Virus record (IMG/VR): IMGVR_UViG_3300017766_002493
Location: 56,124-120,123 of that record
Strand: one strand, 5' to 3'
Source: a virus
DNA length: 64,000 nt
Below the pieces are notes generated by a model. It saw only the letters and a list, made by a program, of their open reading frames with translations, had not been told where the DNA came from and made no database searches. The translations under genes and the position numbers were made by a program. Positions 8,952 to 17,109 of the stretch are shown here, piece by piece (position 1 is the stretch's first letter; every line of letters begins with the position of its first letter).

Positions 8952-9356
8952 ATGGAAGCGACTTATTTAAGACAACACGCAAGCAAAACAACAGGAACAC
9001 AAGTATTTGTATACTCATTAAAAGGTACAGATGCTGATTTACAACGAGTTAGAGACATCCAAGGTGACAATCACCGTACTGATAAAGTAACAGGTGTAGA
9101 TTTGTGGTTTACAACACGCTACTCTGGTGATAACGTAAAGGTAATCATCACAGATAACGACAAGATTGTACCAGATTTAGGTGATATCAAGAAGATGGAA
9201 AGCTTATCGAAGCAATTTGAAGGCAAGTTAGGTGAGGAAATCGCTAAACAAGCAGCAGCTATGTTGTTAGGTAACTTATTTAGCAAAAATACAGCACAAT
9301 CTAGCCCTACACCAGCGGCTAATGTGTCAGGTAGCGAGGACTTAAAGGACTTGTAA
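8952..9356 (+). CDS. Early protein, paralogue of 7690..8088
   Basis: See paralogue; acidic flexible C-terminus SGSEDLKDL. Confidence 0.75.
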   Translation: MEATYLRQHASKTTGTQVFVYSLKGTDADLQRVRDIQGDNHRTDKVTGVDLWFTTRYSGDNVKVIITDNDKIVPDLGDIKKMESLSKQFEGKLGEEIAKQAAAMLLGNLFSKNTAQSSPTPAANVSGSEDLKDL

Positions 9357-9510
9357 CCTGCTGATATGCAAAGAGTTAGAGGTTGTGTGACACACACGCA
9401 ACCTCCTACCTCTTTCATACCACTGAAACAACTCTCAAATTTGCAAAAAGATTTTCTCTCGCATTATATCACTAATCTTAACTAATTACTTACTCTAAAT
9501 CTATTATTCT

Positions 9511-9687
9511 ATGTCTACAGACAAAGTAAATAACAATAATACTTCTCTTAGTAATGAAGAGATATTAGCTCTTATACATCAAGAGTATCTTAGTATTATA
9601 TCAGAGAGTGGTGTACCTCTATGGGTATTAGATTACTATAAAGGGGTAGAAGAACCACGGCTACTTAAAAATGACAACAATGACTAG
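9511..9687 (+). CDS. Small hypothetical protein (58 aa)
   Basis: Manual translation MSTDKVNNNNTSLSNEEILALIHQEY... Confidence 0.4.
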   Translation: MSTDKVNNNNTSLSNEEILALIHQEYLSIISESGVPLWVLDYYKGVEEPRLLKNDNND

Positions 9688-9762
9688 GTATTTTATATAC
9701 CAGCACACAATATTGCATAGTTTATATTTTAATTGGTTAGTAAAACAATAATCTATGTGCAC

Positions 9763-10026
9763 TCTGGATACAAGGTTACACTACAAAACGTGTAACCTAT
9801 ATCTAGAATAATGAATTGTGGTCTTGTGAAACCCATCTAATCAATGGGACTGAGCTAGGGTATATGCAAAGGGTATAAGCTTTGTTTGCCTTATATAGAC
9901 CTATGTTTGACTCACTCAGAAAAAGTGAGCACCGGAACCGAGAGATTGATCATCTCTATGCGGTTGATAGAAGAGGAGATATTCTCCAAGTAAGAATCCG
10001 GCAATCAGGGTAGCATCTAGCCCTGT
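9763..10026 (+). ncRNA. Putative multi-hairpin structured RNA upstream of the twister ribozyme
   Basis: Consecutive stems AGGTTACA/TGTAACCT, CCCAT/ATGGG, CTCACT/AGTGAG, CCGGA/TCCGG (enclosing AACCG/CGGTT, AGAGAT/ATCTCT, GGAGA/TCTCC) and CAGGG/CCCTG; no ORF of 60 aa or more. Confidence 0.5.
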
Positions 10027-10197
10027 AAAATAATGCACCATAACTCCATTCCCAAGGTGGAGCAGTTGTAATAGTTTAATTGCTGGTAAACAAACAAGCC
10101 AGAATCAGGTGAAATAAACTAATCCTGACAATTAAGTAAGGGTGAGAGCTTATTATTCTACTCAAGAATACTATTACAACTGAGTGCAGAGGGTATA
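10027..10197 (+). ncRNA. Twister self-cleaving ribozyme (type P1) with large P5 insertion
   Basis: UAA-UGCA-CC...CUCCA-UUCCCAAGG-UGGAG-[P5 CAGUUGUAAUAGU/ACUAUUACAACUG]-AG-UGCA-GAGGG; P2, P4 and both pseudoknots (CCC/GGG, CC/GG) can form. Confidence 0.8.
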
Positions 10198-10234
10198 AAT
10201 AAACAAATTATTAACAATTTAAATACCAACTCAA

Positions 10235-10513
10235 ATGACTAAAGAACAAGCACTTGAAAAAACTGTATCAAGATTTACCAATCTAATGGATGGTAAAGTA
10301 TTATCTAATGTAGGGGTTCGCACAATAATAGACTATTATGAACAACTACAAAAGAATAGTGTACTCAAAGTTTCTACTATGGGTAACATAGAAAGAAGAT
10401 TTTTAGATGCAGAGATTGCTTTTAACCAACAAGAATTAGAAGATGAAATGGGATATAATGACCATCCACTCCCTCAAGATACATGGGACGGCGGCTTTGT
10501 CCAAGAACCATAA
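10235..10513 (+). CDS. Hypothetical protein
   Basis: 92-aa ORF with A-rich leader. Confidence 0.65.
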   Translation: MTKEQALEKTVSRFTNLMDGKVLSNVGVRTIIDYYEQLQKNSVLKVSTMGNIERRFLDAEIAFNQQELEDEMGYNDHPLPQDTWDGGFVQEP

Positions 10514-10523
10514 CAATAAACAA

Positions 10524-10687
10524 GGATTACGCACAGCAAACCAATACAATTTAAATGTAAACTGTAAAAATGTAATCTGTAATCGGTGTAAAGAATACTT
10601 CAGCACAAAAAATTAAAACTACAAAACAAAAACCCGGGAAAGTTTTTGCTCCTAAGTAATTAGGTGGGATTTTAATTTAGTATTCTG
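10524..10687 (+). ncRNA. Two tandem stem-CAGCA-...-stem elements (candidate Y-RNA-like ligands)
   Basis: GGATTACG-CACAGCAA...TGTAATCTG (10524-10579) and AGAATACT-TCAGCAC...AGTATTCTG (10592-10687). Confidence 0.5.
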
Positions 10688-10700
10688 TTATGCACCACAA

Positions 10701-10730
10701 TCCTGCCTCTTGAAAGGGGGCAGGAACTTT
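10701..10730 (+). terminator. GC-rich hairpin, terminator-like or processing signal
   Basis: TCCTGCCTCT-TGAA-AGGGGGCAGGA followed by ACTTT. Confidence 0.5.
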
Positions 10731-10768
10731 CCCTTAAACAAATAATTAAAATCCAAAAACTTAACAAC

Positions 10769-12154
10769 ATGAACAATCTTATCAACGCAACAAGACAATA
10801 CAACACAACGACTAACAACGGTGCAATCACACACTCTACAAGTCTAAACTATTGTTTAGATATGTTCTTCTTGGCAGGTGCTAGTAGGAATCTATCTCAA
10901 GATCAGATAGTTAGGATCTTTGAGAGAGCTTATGCACAAGACAAGAATCTTGCTTACAAGATATTGTTTTGGTCAAGAGACTGCAGAGGTGGTGCCGGTG
11001 AAAAGAGATTCTTTCAGATTGTAATGAAGCATGTTGCTAAAACATATGCTGAAGATTATGATCAGATAGCCATACACACTCCAGAGTATGGGTATTGGAA
11101 AGATATCTTCCAGGTAGAGAAGCCAAATAAGAATAATCTTAATTGGTTGATGTATCAATTGGAAGAATCACCCAATAAGAATCTGTTAGCCAAGTGGTTT
11201 CCACGCAAAGGTCCATGGTTCAGTGCTATGCACAAGTATCTAAAGCTGACTCCTAAAGAGTTCAGAAAGAAACTTGTGGCTATGACCAAGGTGGTGGAAA
11301 CTCAAATGTGTGCAAGACAATGGGACTCAATCAATTATGAGCAGATCCCATCCACAGCTATGAATCTGTATAGAAAAACATTCTTCAAGCACGATGCTGA
11401 AAGATATGCTGAGTATATACAAAGTGTTCACAGCGGTGAAGCTAAGATTAATGCCTCTACATTGTTTCCTCATCAGCTCTTACAAGGGTTGATGCAAGGT
11501 CATGATGTGAGCTCGGTTGAAGCCCAGTGGAATAACCTTCCTGATTACATGGCTGATAGCACAGAGAATATTCTCCCTGTGTGTGATGTCAGCGGTAGCA
11601 TGTCGGGTCTTCCGATGGATGTATCTATCTCTCTAGGATTGTATATCTCAGAGAGAAACAAAGGTATATTCAAGGATGCTTTCTTAACTTTCTCGGAGAC
11701 ACCTACGATGCAGTATCTAAAAGGTACTCTTAATCAAAGGAGAATCCAGTTAAGCCAAGCAGAGTGGGGGTATTCAACTAATCTTAAGGCCACATTTGAC
11801 CTTATCCTAGACAGTGCAGTTAGAAACAATCTACCAGAGTCTGAGATGCCAACTAAACTTCTTATCATATCTGATATGGAGTTTGATGAGGCAGACAGCA
11901 ACAGAACAAACCTAGATATGATAAGAGACAAGTATTCTAAAGCAGGATACAATATGCCTCAGATCATATTCTGGAATGTTAATGGTAGACCAGGTAATGT
12001 TCCTGCTAACAACACTGATAAAGGTGTAGGTATGGTGTCAGGGTTTAGTCCTTCTGTACTGAAGTCCATATTAAAAGGACAGGTGTATACACCTGAACAA
12101 TTAATGTTGGATACAGTTGATATTGCGCGGTATGCTCGTATTAAAGTTGACTAG
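10769..12154 (+). CDS. DUF2828-family protein with C-terminal vWA domain (TROVE/Ro60-like architecture)
   Basis: RDCRGGAGEK, YGYWKD, LAKWFPR motifs; MIDAS DVSGSM; ISDMEFD; FWNV. Confidence 0.8.
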   Translation: MNNLINATRQYNTTTNNGAITHSTSLNYCLDMFFLAGASRNLSQDQIVRIFERAYAQDKNLAYKILFWSRDCRGGAGEKRFFQIVMKHVAKTYAEDYDQIAIHTPEYGYWKDIFQVEKPNKNNLNWLMYQLEESPNKNLLAKWFPRKGPWFSAMHKYLKLTPKEFRKKLVAMTKVVETQMCARQWDSINYEQIPSTAMNLYRKTFFKHDAERYAEYIQSVHSGEAKINASTLFPHQLLQGLMQGHDVSSVEAQWNNLPDYMADSTENILPVCDVSGSMSGLPMDVSISLGLYISERNKGIFKDAFLTFSETPTMQYLKGTLNQRRIQLSQAEWGYSTNLKATFDLILDSAVRNNLPESEMPTKLLIISDMEFDEADSNRTNLDMIRDKYSKAGYNMPQIIFWNVNGRPGNVPANNTDKGVGMVSGFSPSVLKSILKGQVYTPEQLMLDTVDIARYARIKVD

Positions 12155-12165
12155 TAGTCAACACT

Positions 12166-12191
12166 AGAACTCTCTTCGGAGAGTTCTTTTT
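12166..12191 (+). terminator. Intrinsic terminator
   Basis: AGAACTCTC-TTCG-GAGAGTTCT-TTT. Confidence 0.75.
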
Positions 12192-12291
12192 AACCTCATA
12201 GAGAAAACCGGTGATATAATGTCGCCGGCTCTTCCAAGGGCAACGGCGCCTTGATTGGTGCCGACCCTTTTACAATCCTAAAACAAATAAC

Positions 12292-12630
12292 ATGAATCAA
12301 ATAAGAAACAAAATCAAAAATCTATTCAAAAGAAAACCAAAGAAAAAAGTTTTGAATAACAAAATCAATTGTCAAGTAGTTGAGATTAATGAAGAGGCAG
12401 ACTGCATAGCTGATGCACTTGGTATATCTGATGAAAGAAATGTTTACCTAATAAAATTTGTATTAGACGAATTCTCTAAGCACACTGATATGGGCAAACT
12501 TCTAGTAAAGTGTAGCCAAGAATGTGTACATCCTAATGAGCTGGCTCTTGTATCCTACTTGGCAGCGATAAGACAAATAGAATCTACTAATCCATTTTTA
12601 AGAATACAATTTCTAAAACCAGAACTATGA
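12292..12630 (+). CDS. Hypothetical protein
   Basis: 112-aa ORF. Confidence 0.65.
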   Translation: MNQIRNKIKNLFKRKPKKKVLNNKINCQVVEINEEADCIADALGISDERNVYLIKFVLDEFSKHTDMGKLLVKCSQECVHPNELALVSYLAAIRQIESTNPFLRIQFLKPEL

Positions 12631-12845
12631 AGAAAATAATATTAATAGTATCAATCCTCGGAACAATCACAAGTTGCAATTTAAAAAAATTAACCTCAAT
12701 CTACCATGTAGATAGTTGCCCAGACTGGACAAATTGTATTGTCAATCCAGCCAACAAAGAATACGTAGAAGAAGTAGCTTTCAACTTAAACATTAGACCT
12801 GAACAAGTTACTCAAGAACAATTCAACTCTAGATATTTAAACTAG
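12627..12845 (+). CDS. Small putative lipoprotein
   Basis: MKKIILIVSILGTITSC lipobox. Confidence 0.6.
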   Translation: MKKIILIVSILGTITSCNLKKLTSIYHVDSCPDWTNCIVNPANKEYVEEVAFNLNIRPEQVTQEQFNSRYLN

Positions 12846-12918
12846 TGGGTGAAAAACCTGGTAGGATTTTCACGATTCATGTTCTCCTACCAGGACACCT
12901 ATTCAAAAAATTAAAACA

Positions 12919-13365
12919 ATGAGTAATAAAAGTGTGACTGTGAGCTTAAAGGCAAGTGATATTAAACAACTGTTAATCAAATCATTAAACACTAGTAACA
13001 AAGACATGTTATTGGATACAATCATTGATTATCTATCTGATACAGAGAAAGGTCTCGAAGCTATTTATAAAGTATCACTAGGTATTACAGATGTATTTGC
13101 TTATAAGATTTTAGACAAGGTTTGGGTGCACAAGTATGCTTTATCTACCTATATGGTTAATGAAGCTACTATGAAAGAGAAAGGTTTATGGAAAGATGAT
13201 CATATCCTATGTGAGATAACAGATATAAACCCTAAGAAAACAGAACCTTATCAGTTAAAGTTTACATACTACGACAAACCAGATTCAGAACCAAAGATCT
13301 ATGAACATAATAGAGCAGGTGAAGATAGAATACTAGAAAAGTATGAGGATGATATCCTATTCTAG
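12919..13365 (+). CDS. Hypothetical protein
   Basis: 148-aa ORF. Confidence 0.65.
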   Translation: MSNKSVTVSLKASDIKQLLIKSLNTSNKDMLLDTIIDYLSDTEKGLEAIYKVSLGITDVFAYKILDKVWVHKYALSTYMVNEATMKEKGLWKDDHILCEITDINPKKTEPYQLKFTYYDKPDSEPKIYEHNRAGEDRILEKYEDDILF

Positions 13366-13478
13366 ATATTAGATTACCAATCCCGCAGGTAATTTGATTC
13401 TTCTATGCTATAATAAACTAGTAGCAATAGATTGTATCTCAATTAGTTTAACAACAATCAATTTAAAAATCAAAAATT

Positions 13479-13946
13479 ATGAACTCAAAAGTAAAAGTAA
13501 CTGCAGATGCAGCCGGCAATGTAATTGTAACTTCAAAGAACAACCCAGAATTTGGATATATCCGTGTAGAACAGGATAGAATGGTAATAGATGAGAGAGG
13601 ATTCGCAAGACGCAAAACAGTTAGCGCCTTGATCCCAGGCACAGTAAGTGATTTAAAATCTTTTGGTTGGACCAAAGGTGCCGAGGTTAGTGGTAAGATA
13701 GTTATTAAGGAGCAAACAACTCCATTTAATAGCAAAGATCCAGAACGCGATTATAAAATTGCAGGTAAAACAGGTATAGTTTGTTGCCTATATGGTGAAC
13801 CAATCTATCGCAAATTGTTTTATAGTTTAGATGCTAATGCTTCTGATGTAGTAATCGCTCATGATAATGGCGAAGCTATCAAAGCTGCTTATGCAGAGCT
13901 ATCCGAACAGGAAGCTAAGCAAGAAGAGTCTAATCTTACTCTGTAA
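13479..13946 (+). CDS. Conserved Bacteroidota-phage protein, possibly OB-fold/ssDNA-binding
   Basis: Beta-rich with acidic C-terminal tail; followed by a terminator. Confidence 0.5.
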   Translation: MNSKVKVTADAAGNVIVTSKNNPEFGYIRVEQDRMVIDERGFARRKTVSALIPGTVSDLKSFGWTKGAEVSGKIVIKEQTTPFNSKDPERDYKIAGKTGIVCCLYGEPIYRKLFYSLDANASDVVIAHDNGEAIKAAYAELSEQEAKQEESNLTL

Positions 13947-13960
13947 AATAGATATGAAAG

Positions 13961-13999
13961 ATAAGTGTGGGGGTTAAAATCCTCACACTTATTTTTTTT
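13961..13999 (+). terminator. Intrinsic terminator
   Basis: ATAAGTGTGGGG...CCTCACACTTAT followed by T run. Confidence 0.7.
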
Positions 14000-14055
14000 G
14001 TAAGCCGTTACAGCGATGATCCAATGAATAAGTTAAATTCTAAACAACAACAGTA

Positions 14056-14550
14056 ATGAATAATCAAACAACAAACAAAGTAGAAACATTAAAACAAAGT
14101 GTACTAGAGTATCAGGTAAATCCGCCGGGCTACAAAGGAGTAAGATATCAAATCAAAGAGAACGACTTTCTCAATAGTCATCAGAACTTTTTATTTCACA
14201 GAGCTATGTATGGGTTGAGCATCTATACCCAAGAAGAAATAAATAGTATGAATTGGGAGAAGAGAAAGAGAATTATCAAGGTTCACAAGAGAACACAAGC
14301 AGTATTAAATCAATGGAAACAAGAGATACTTATTAACATGAGCAACGCATTGTTTAGTAAGTATTTTGGTAGGTCCCCTTTCACACAAACATTATTATCC
14401 TTGTATAGTAATACTGAAAAAGATTTTAAGTGCACACTAGATTTTAAATCTTTCAAAATAACTAAGAGTATGATTGTGAAAAAGTTATTTGAAAAAGGCA
14501 TCTTTCCTACAAATTTTTATCAACTTAACCAAGAAGTAACATGCAAGTAG
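14056..14550 (+). CDS. Hypothetical protein
   Basis: 164-aa ORF. Confidence 0.65.
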   Translation: MNNQTTNKVETLKQSVLEYQVNPPGYKGVRYQIKENDFLNSHQNFLFHRAMYGLSIYTQEEINSMNWEKRKRIIKVHKRTQAVLNQWKQEILINMSNALFSKYFGRSPFTQTLLSLYSNTEKDFKCTLDFKSFKITKSMIVKKLFEKGIFPTNFYQLNQEVTCK

Positions 14551-14774
14551 AATTTATTTTAAATGGAGGTGTATCATGTATACTATGTCCAGAATCAGAA
14601 GCTGAAGAGGCTCTGTTAAAACAATTGATGAAACAAGAGAATGATCTTATTGAGGCAAGATCTAGCATAATGATTATGAACAAAACATTTAGGAATGCTT
14701 TGGTCATAACCAGAAAGGGCCATGCTAAATCAGCATTAGATAATAATGATCAAGCTCAAGAAGAAACTGTGTGA
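14541..14774 (+). CDS. Hypothetical protein
   Basis: 77-aa ORF overlapping its neighbours. Confidence 0.55.
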   Translation: MQVEFILNGGVSCILCPESEAEEALLKQLMKQENDLIEARSSIMIMNKTFRNALVITRKGHAKSALDNNDQAQEETV

Positions 14775-15168
14775 TGGGTGTAGGTTAGAGAAACCTATAT
14801 GGAAGAATGATGGGGGAAAAAGATTTTGCAAGCAGTGCTGGAGTGCTCATTCAGCTACTACTAGAACCAAACCAACGGCTCAGCAAAAAAAGATTCCCCC
14901 TAAATCTTCCAAGAGAATAACACAAGATAATTTATACGGAAAAAAGAGAAAACTTTTTTTGACTGCCCACTCTATTTGTAAGGCCTCAATACGCGGAGTG
15001 TGTAACGGTGCAGCCTGTGATATCCACCACATGAAAGGTAGAATAGGAGATCTATTTCTAGATGAGACCTATTGGTTGCCAGTGTGCAGGGCTTGTCACT
15101 ATTGGATAGAGATGAGACCTGAAGCAGCAAAAGAATTAGGATTTAGTATTAACAGATTAACAAAATAA
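14746..15168 (+). CDS. Zn-binding HNH-like nuclease (Ref/NinG-like)
   Basis: CxxC...CxxC N-terminus; DIHHMKGR...PVCRACHYWIE. Confidence 0.65.
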   Translation: MIKLKKKLCDGCRLEKPIWKNDGGKRFCKQCWSAHSATTRTKPTAQQKKIPPKSSKRITQDNLYGKKRKLFLTAHSICKASIRGVCNGAACDIHHMKGRIGDLFLDETYWLPVCRACHYWIEMRPEAAKELGFSINRLTK

Positions 15169-15170
15169 TT

Positions 15171-15470
15171 ATGGGATATATAACAATAACAACAGATGTA
15201 GATATAAGTTTGGATGATATACAAGATTCGGATATTCTAGATATAATAGAAGATAGACTTGATACTTATAAGAGAAGAAAAAATGATTTAGCTCATTCAA
15301 GTCTTATATGGGATATTAAGGAACTAATTGAAGATCAAACAGCTTCATCAGAATCTGATAATAGAAATATTGATGATGAATCTCTATTAGGAGAACTCAA
15401 ACTTGAAGTATGTAAAAAGCTTATGAGCAAGTATAGTCTAGAACAATTAGAAACATTTTTAAATAAGTAA
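15171..15470 (+). CDS. Hypothetical acidic protein
   Basis: 99-aa ORF. Confidence 0.6.
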   Translation: MGYITITTDVDISLDDIQDSDILDIIEDRLDTYKRRKNDLAHSSLIWDIKELIEDQTASSESDNRNIDDESLLGELKLEVCKKLMSKYSLEQLETFLNK

Positions 15471-15508
15471 TATGGGACAGTATGGAAAATATTTTGTATA
15501 TTTGACCT

Positions 15509-15994
15509 ATGAAAAGACCAAAATTATATACAATATGGTGTGCCATAAAGTCCAGATGTTTTAATAAAAATCTTAAAACTTACAAATACTATGGAGGAAG
15601 AAACATAACAATATATGAGTTATGGAAAAATAATTTTTCTTTATTTAAAGATTATGTTTCTTCTTTAGAAAATTATGATGCTTCAAATGTTTGCAGAAAC
15701 GGAATAACTCTAGATAGAATAGATTGTGACAAAAATTATGAACCAGGTAATCTACGCTGGGTAAATATGGAGTTACAATCTAGAAATAGAAGAAAAAAAA
15801 ACAACTCTAAAAGCAAATATATAGGTGTATCTGAAGATAAAAGTGGTATAAGATTAAAAAAATGGTCTGCTAGAATTACTATTAATAAAAAGACTATAAG
15901 AATAGGAAGGTATCATACCCAGGAAGAAGCTAAACAAGCAAGAGATCAATATATTATTGATCATAATCTAGAAAATTTTATGTTAAACAATTAA
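15509..15994 (+). mobile_element. HNH-AP2 homing endonuclease gene
   Basis: YGGRNI...LDRIDCDKNYEPGNLRW...N (HNH) plus SKYIGVS...KWSARI...IGRY...EEAKQARD (AP2); flanked by a GGACAGTAT direct repeat. Confidence 0.85.
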
Positions 15995-16006
15995 AACTTA
16001 GAAATC

Positions 16007-16528
16007 ATCGGACAGTATTATAAGGCAGTAAACTTAGACAATATGGAGCATGTGTCTTCATATGATTATGAAAATGGTGCTAAATTAATGGAGCACAGTT
16101 ACATAGGTAACAACTTTGTAGAAGCTGTAGAGTTTCTACTGATAAATGATGGTGAAGATAAAGGTAGATGGGCAAACTCTAGAATAGTATGGGCAGGTGA
16201 CTATGCTGATCCTGAAGAAGATGGGGAAACTATCTATGATAAAGTGGAAGGCAATGGTCTCAAGTTCTTGATAGAGGGTGTACCGGAGAATTATCCCTAC
16301 CTGGTTAACTATGACAAGAAAGAGTATGTAGATAAAAGAAAATGCCCACAAGATAAAGATGGCTGGACAATACACCCACTCCCATTACTAACCTGTGAGG
16401 GTAACGGTAGAGGTGGTGGAGATTACCGTAATGATAATGATTATGTAGGAACATGGTCAAGATGTGTAGTCAATCTAATGAAAGAGATACCCGAGGGATT
16501 TACAGAAATAACTCCTAACTTTGTATGA
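16007..16528 (+). CDS. Conserved phage protein (GQYY...KLMEHSY family); original start displaced by the HNH insertion
   Basis: In-frame ATC-GGA-CAG-TAT-TAT-AAG upstream of ATG 16043; GNGRGGGD motif. Confidence 0.65.
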   Translation: MGQYYKAVNLDNMEHVSSYDYENGAKLMEHSYIGNNFVEAVEFLLINDGEDKGRWANSRIVWAGDYADPEEDGETIYDKVEGNGLKFLIEGVPENYPYLVNYDKKEYVDKRKCPQDKDGWTIHPLPLLTCEGNGRGGGDYRNDNDYVGTWSRCVVNLMKEIPEGFTEITPNFV

Positions 16529-16595
16529 TAATCGGAGCTAGTGAGCTAGGTTGGTGTTTTTACTATCATCTCCATGCTCCACAACACTTTATGCA

Positions 16596-16802
16596 ATGAC
16601 AACAATACACGAGCTACAGCAAATACTATGGGTTACAACTCCTCACGGTGATGGCATAGTGCTATTTATAATGGACTATGGTATGCAAAACAACACAGTA
16701 TGGGTTGTGGCTCTTGAAAAAGACGGTGCTATCAAGCACTATGACAGCAATCAAATAAAACTTTGTTATAACAACACAATTAATATTAATACCAATGGGT
16801 AG
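16596..16802 (+). CDS. Hypothetical protein
   Basis: MTTIHELQQILWVTTPHGDG...DYG. Confidence 0.6.
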   Translation: MTTIHELQQILWVTTPHGDGIVLFIMDYGMQNNTVWVVALEKDGAIKHYDSNQIKLCYNNTININTNG

Positions 16803-17109
16803 AATGAAAGATTTATCTCTAAAATTTATTGGATATGAAGTGACAGGTATTGCTCACTTAAGTTTATGGGGTGGTGGAGAAGGTACCATCAGAATGAGTT
16901 CTTGTTTTATACACAAGGATGAGTTATCTTCTAATAGAATGAAAACTTGTGTAAATGACAACGGCTTTGGTTGTGAAAAAATCACATCTGCTAAGCTAGA
17001 CATCTACAAGGTATACGGTGAGCCACCATACTACAAACAATTTGATAGAACAATAGAGTTAAATGAACAACAATGCTTCGATGGAATGCGAGGTATATTC
17101 ACAGAATGA
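16795..17109 (+). CDS. Hypothetical protein
   Basis: 104-aa ORF. Confidence 0.6.
   Translation: MGRMKDLSLKFIGYEVTGIAHLSLWGGGEGTIRMSSCFIHKDELSSNRMKTCVNDNGFGCEKITSAKLDIYKVYGEPPYYKQFDRTIELNEQQCFDGMRGIFTE

Noticed and set aside
15484-16018. Group I intron around the HNH gene
   Set aside because: Only about 50 nt lie outside the ORF, and no P7/R-S core elements were recognised
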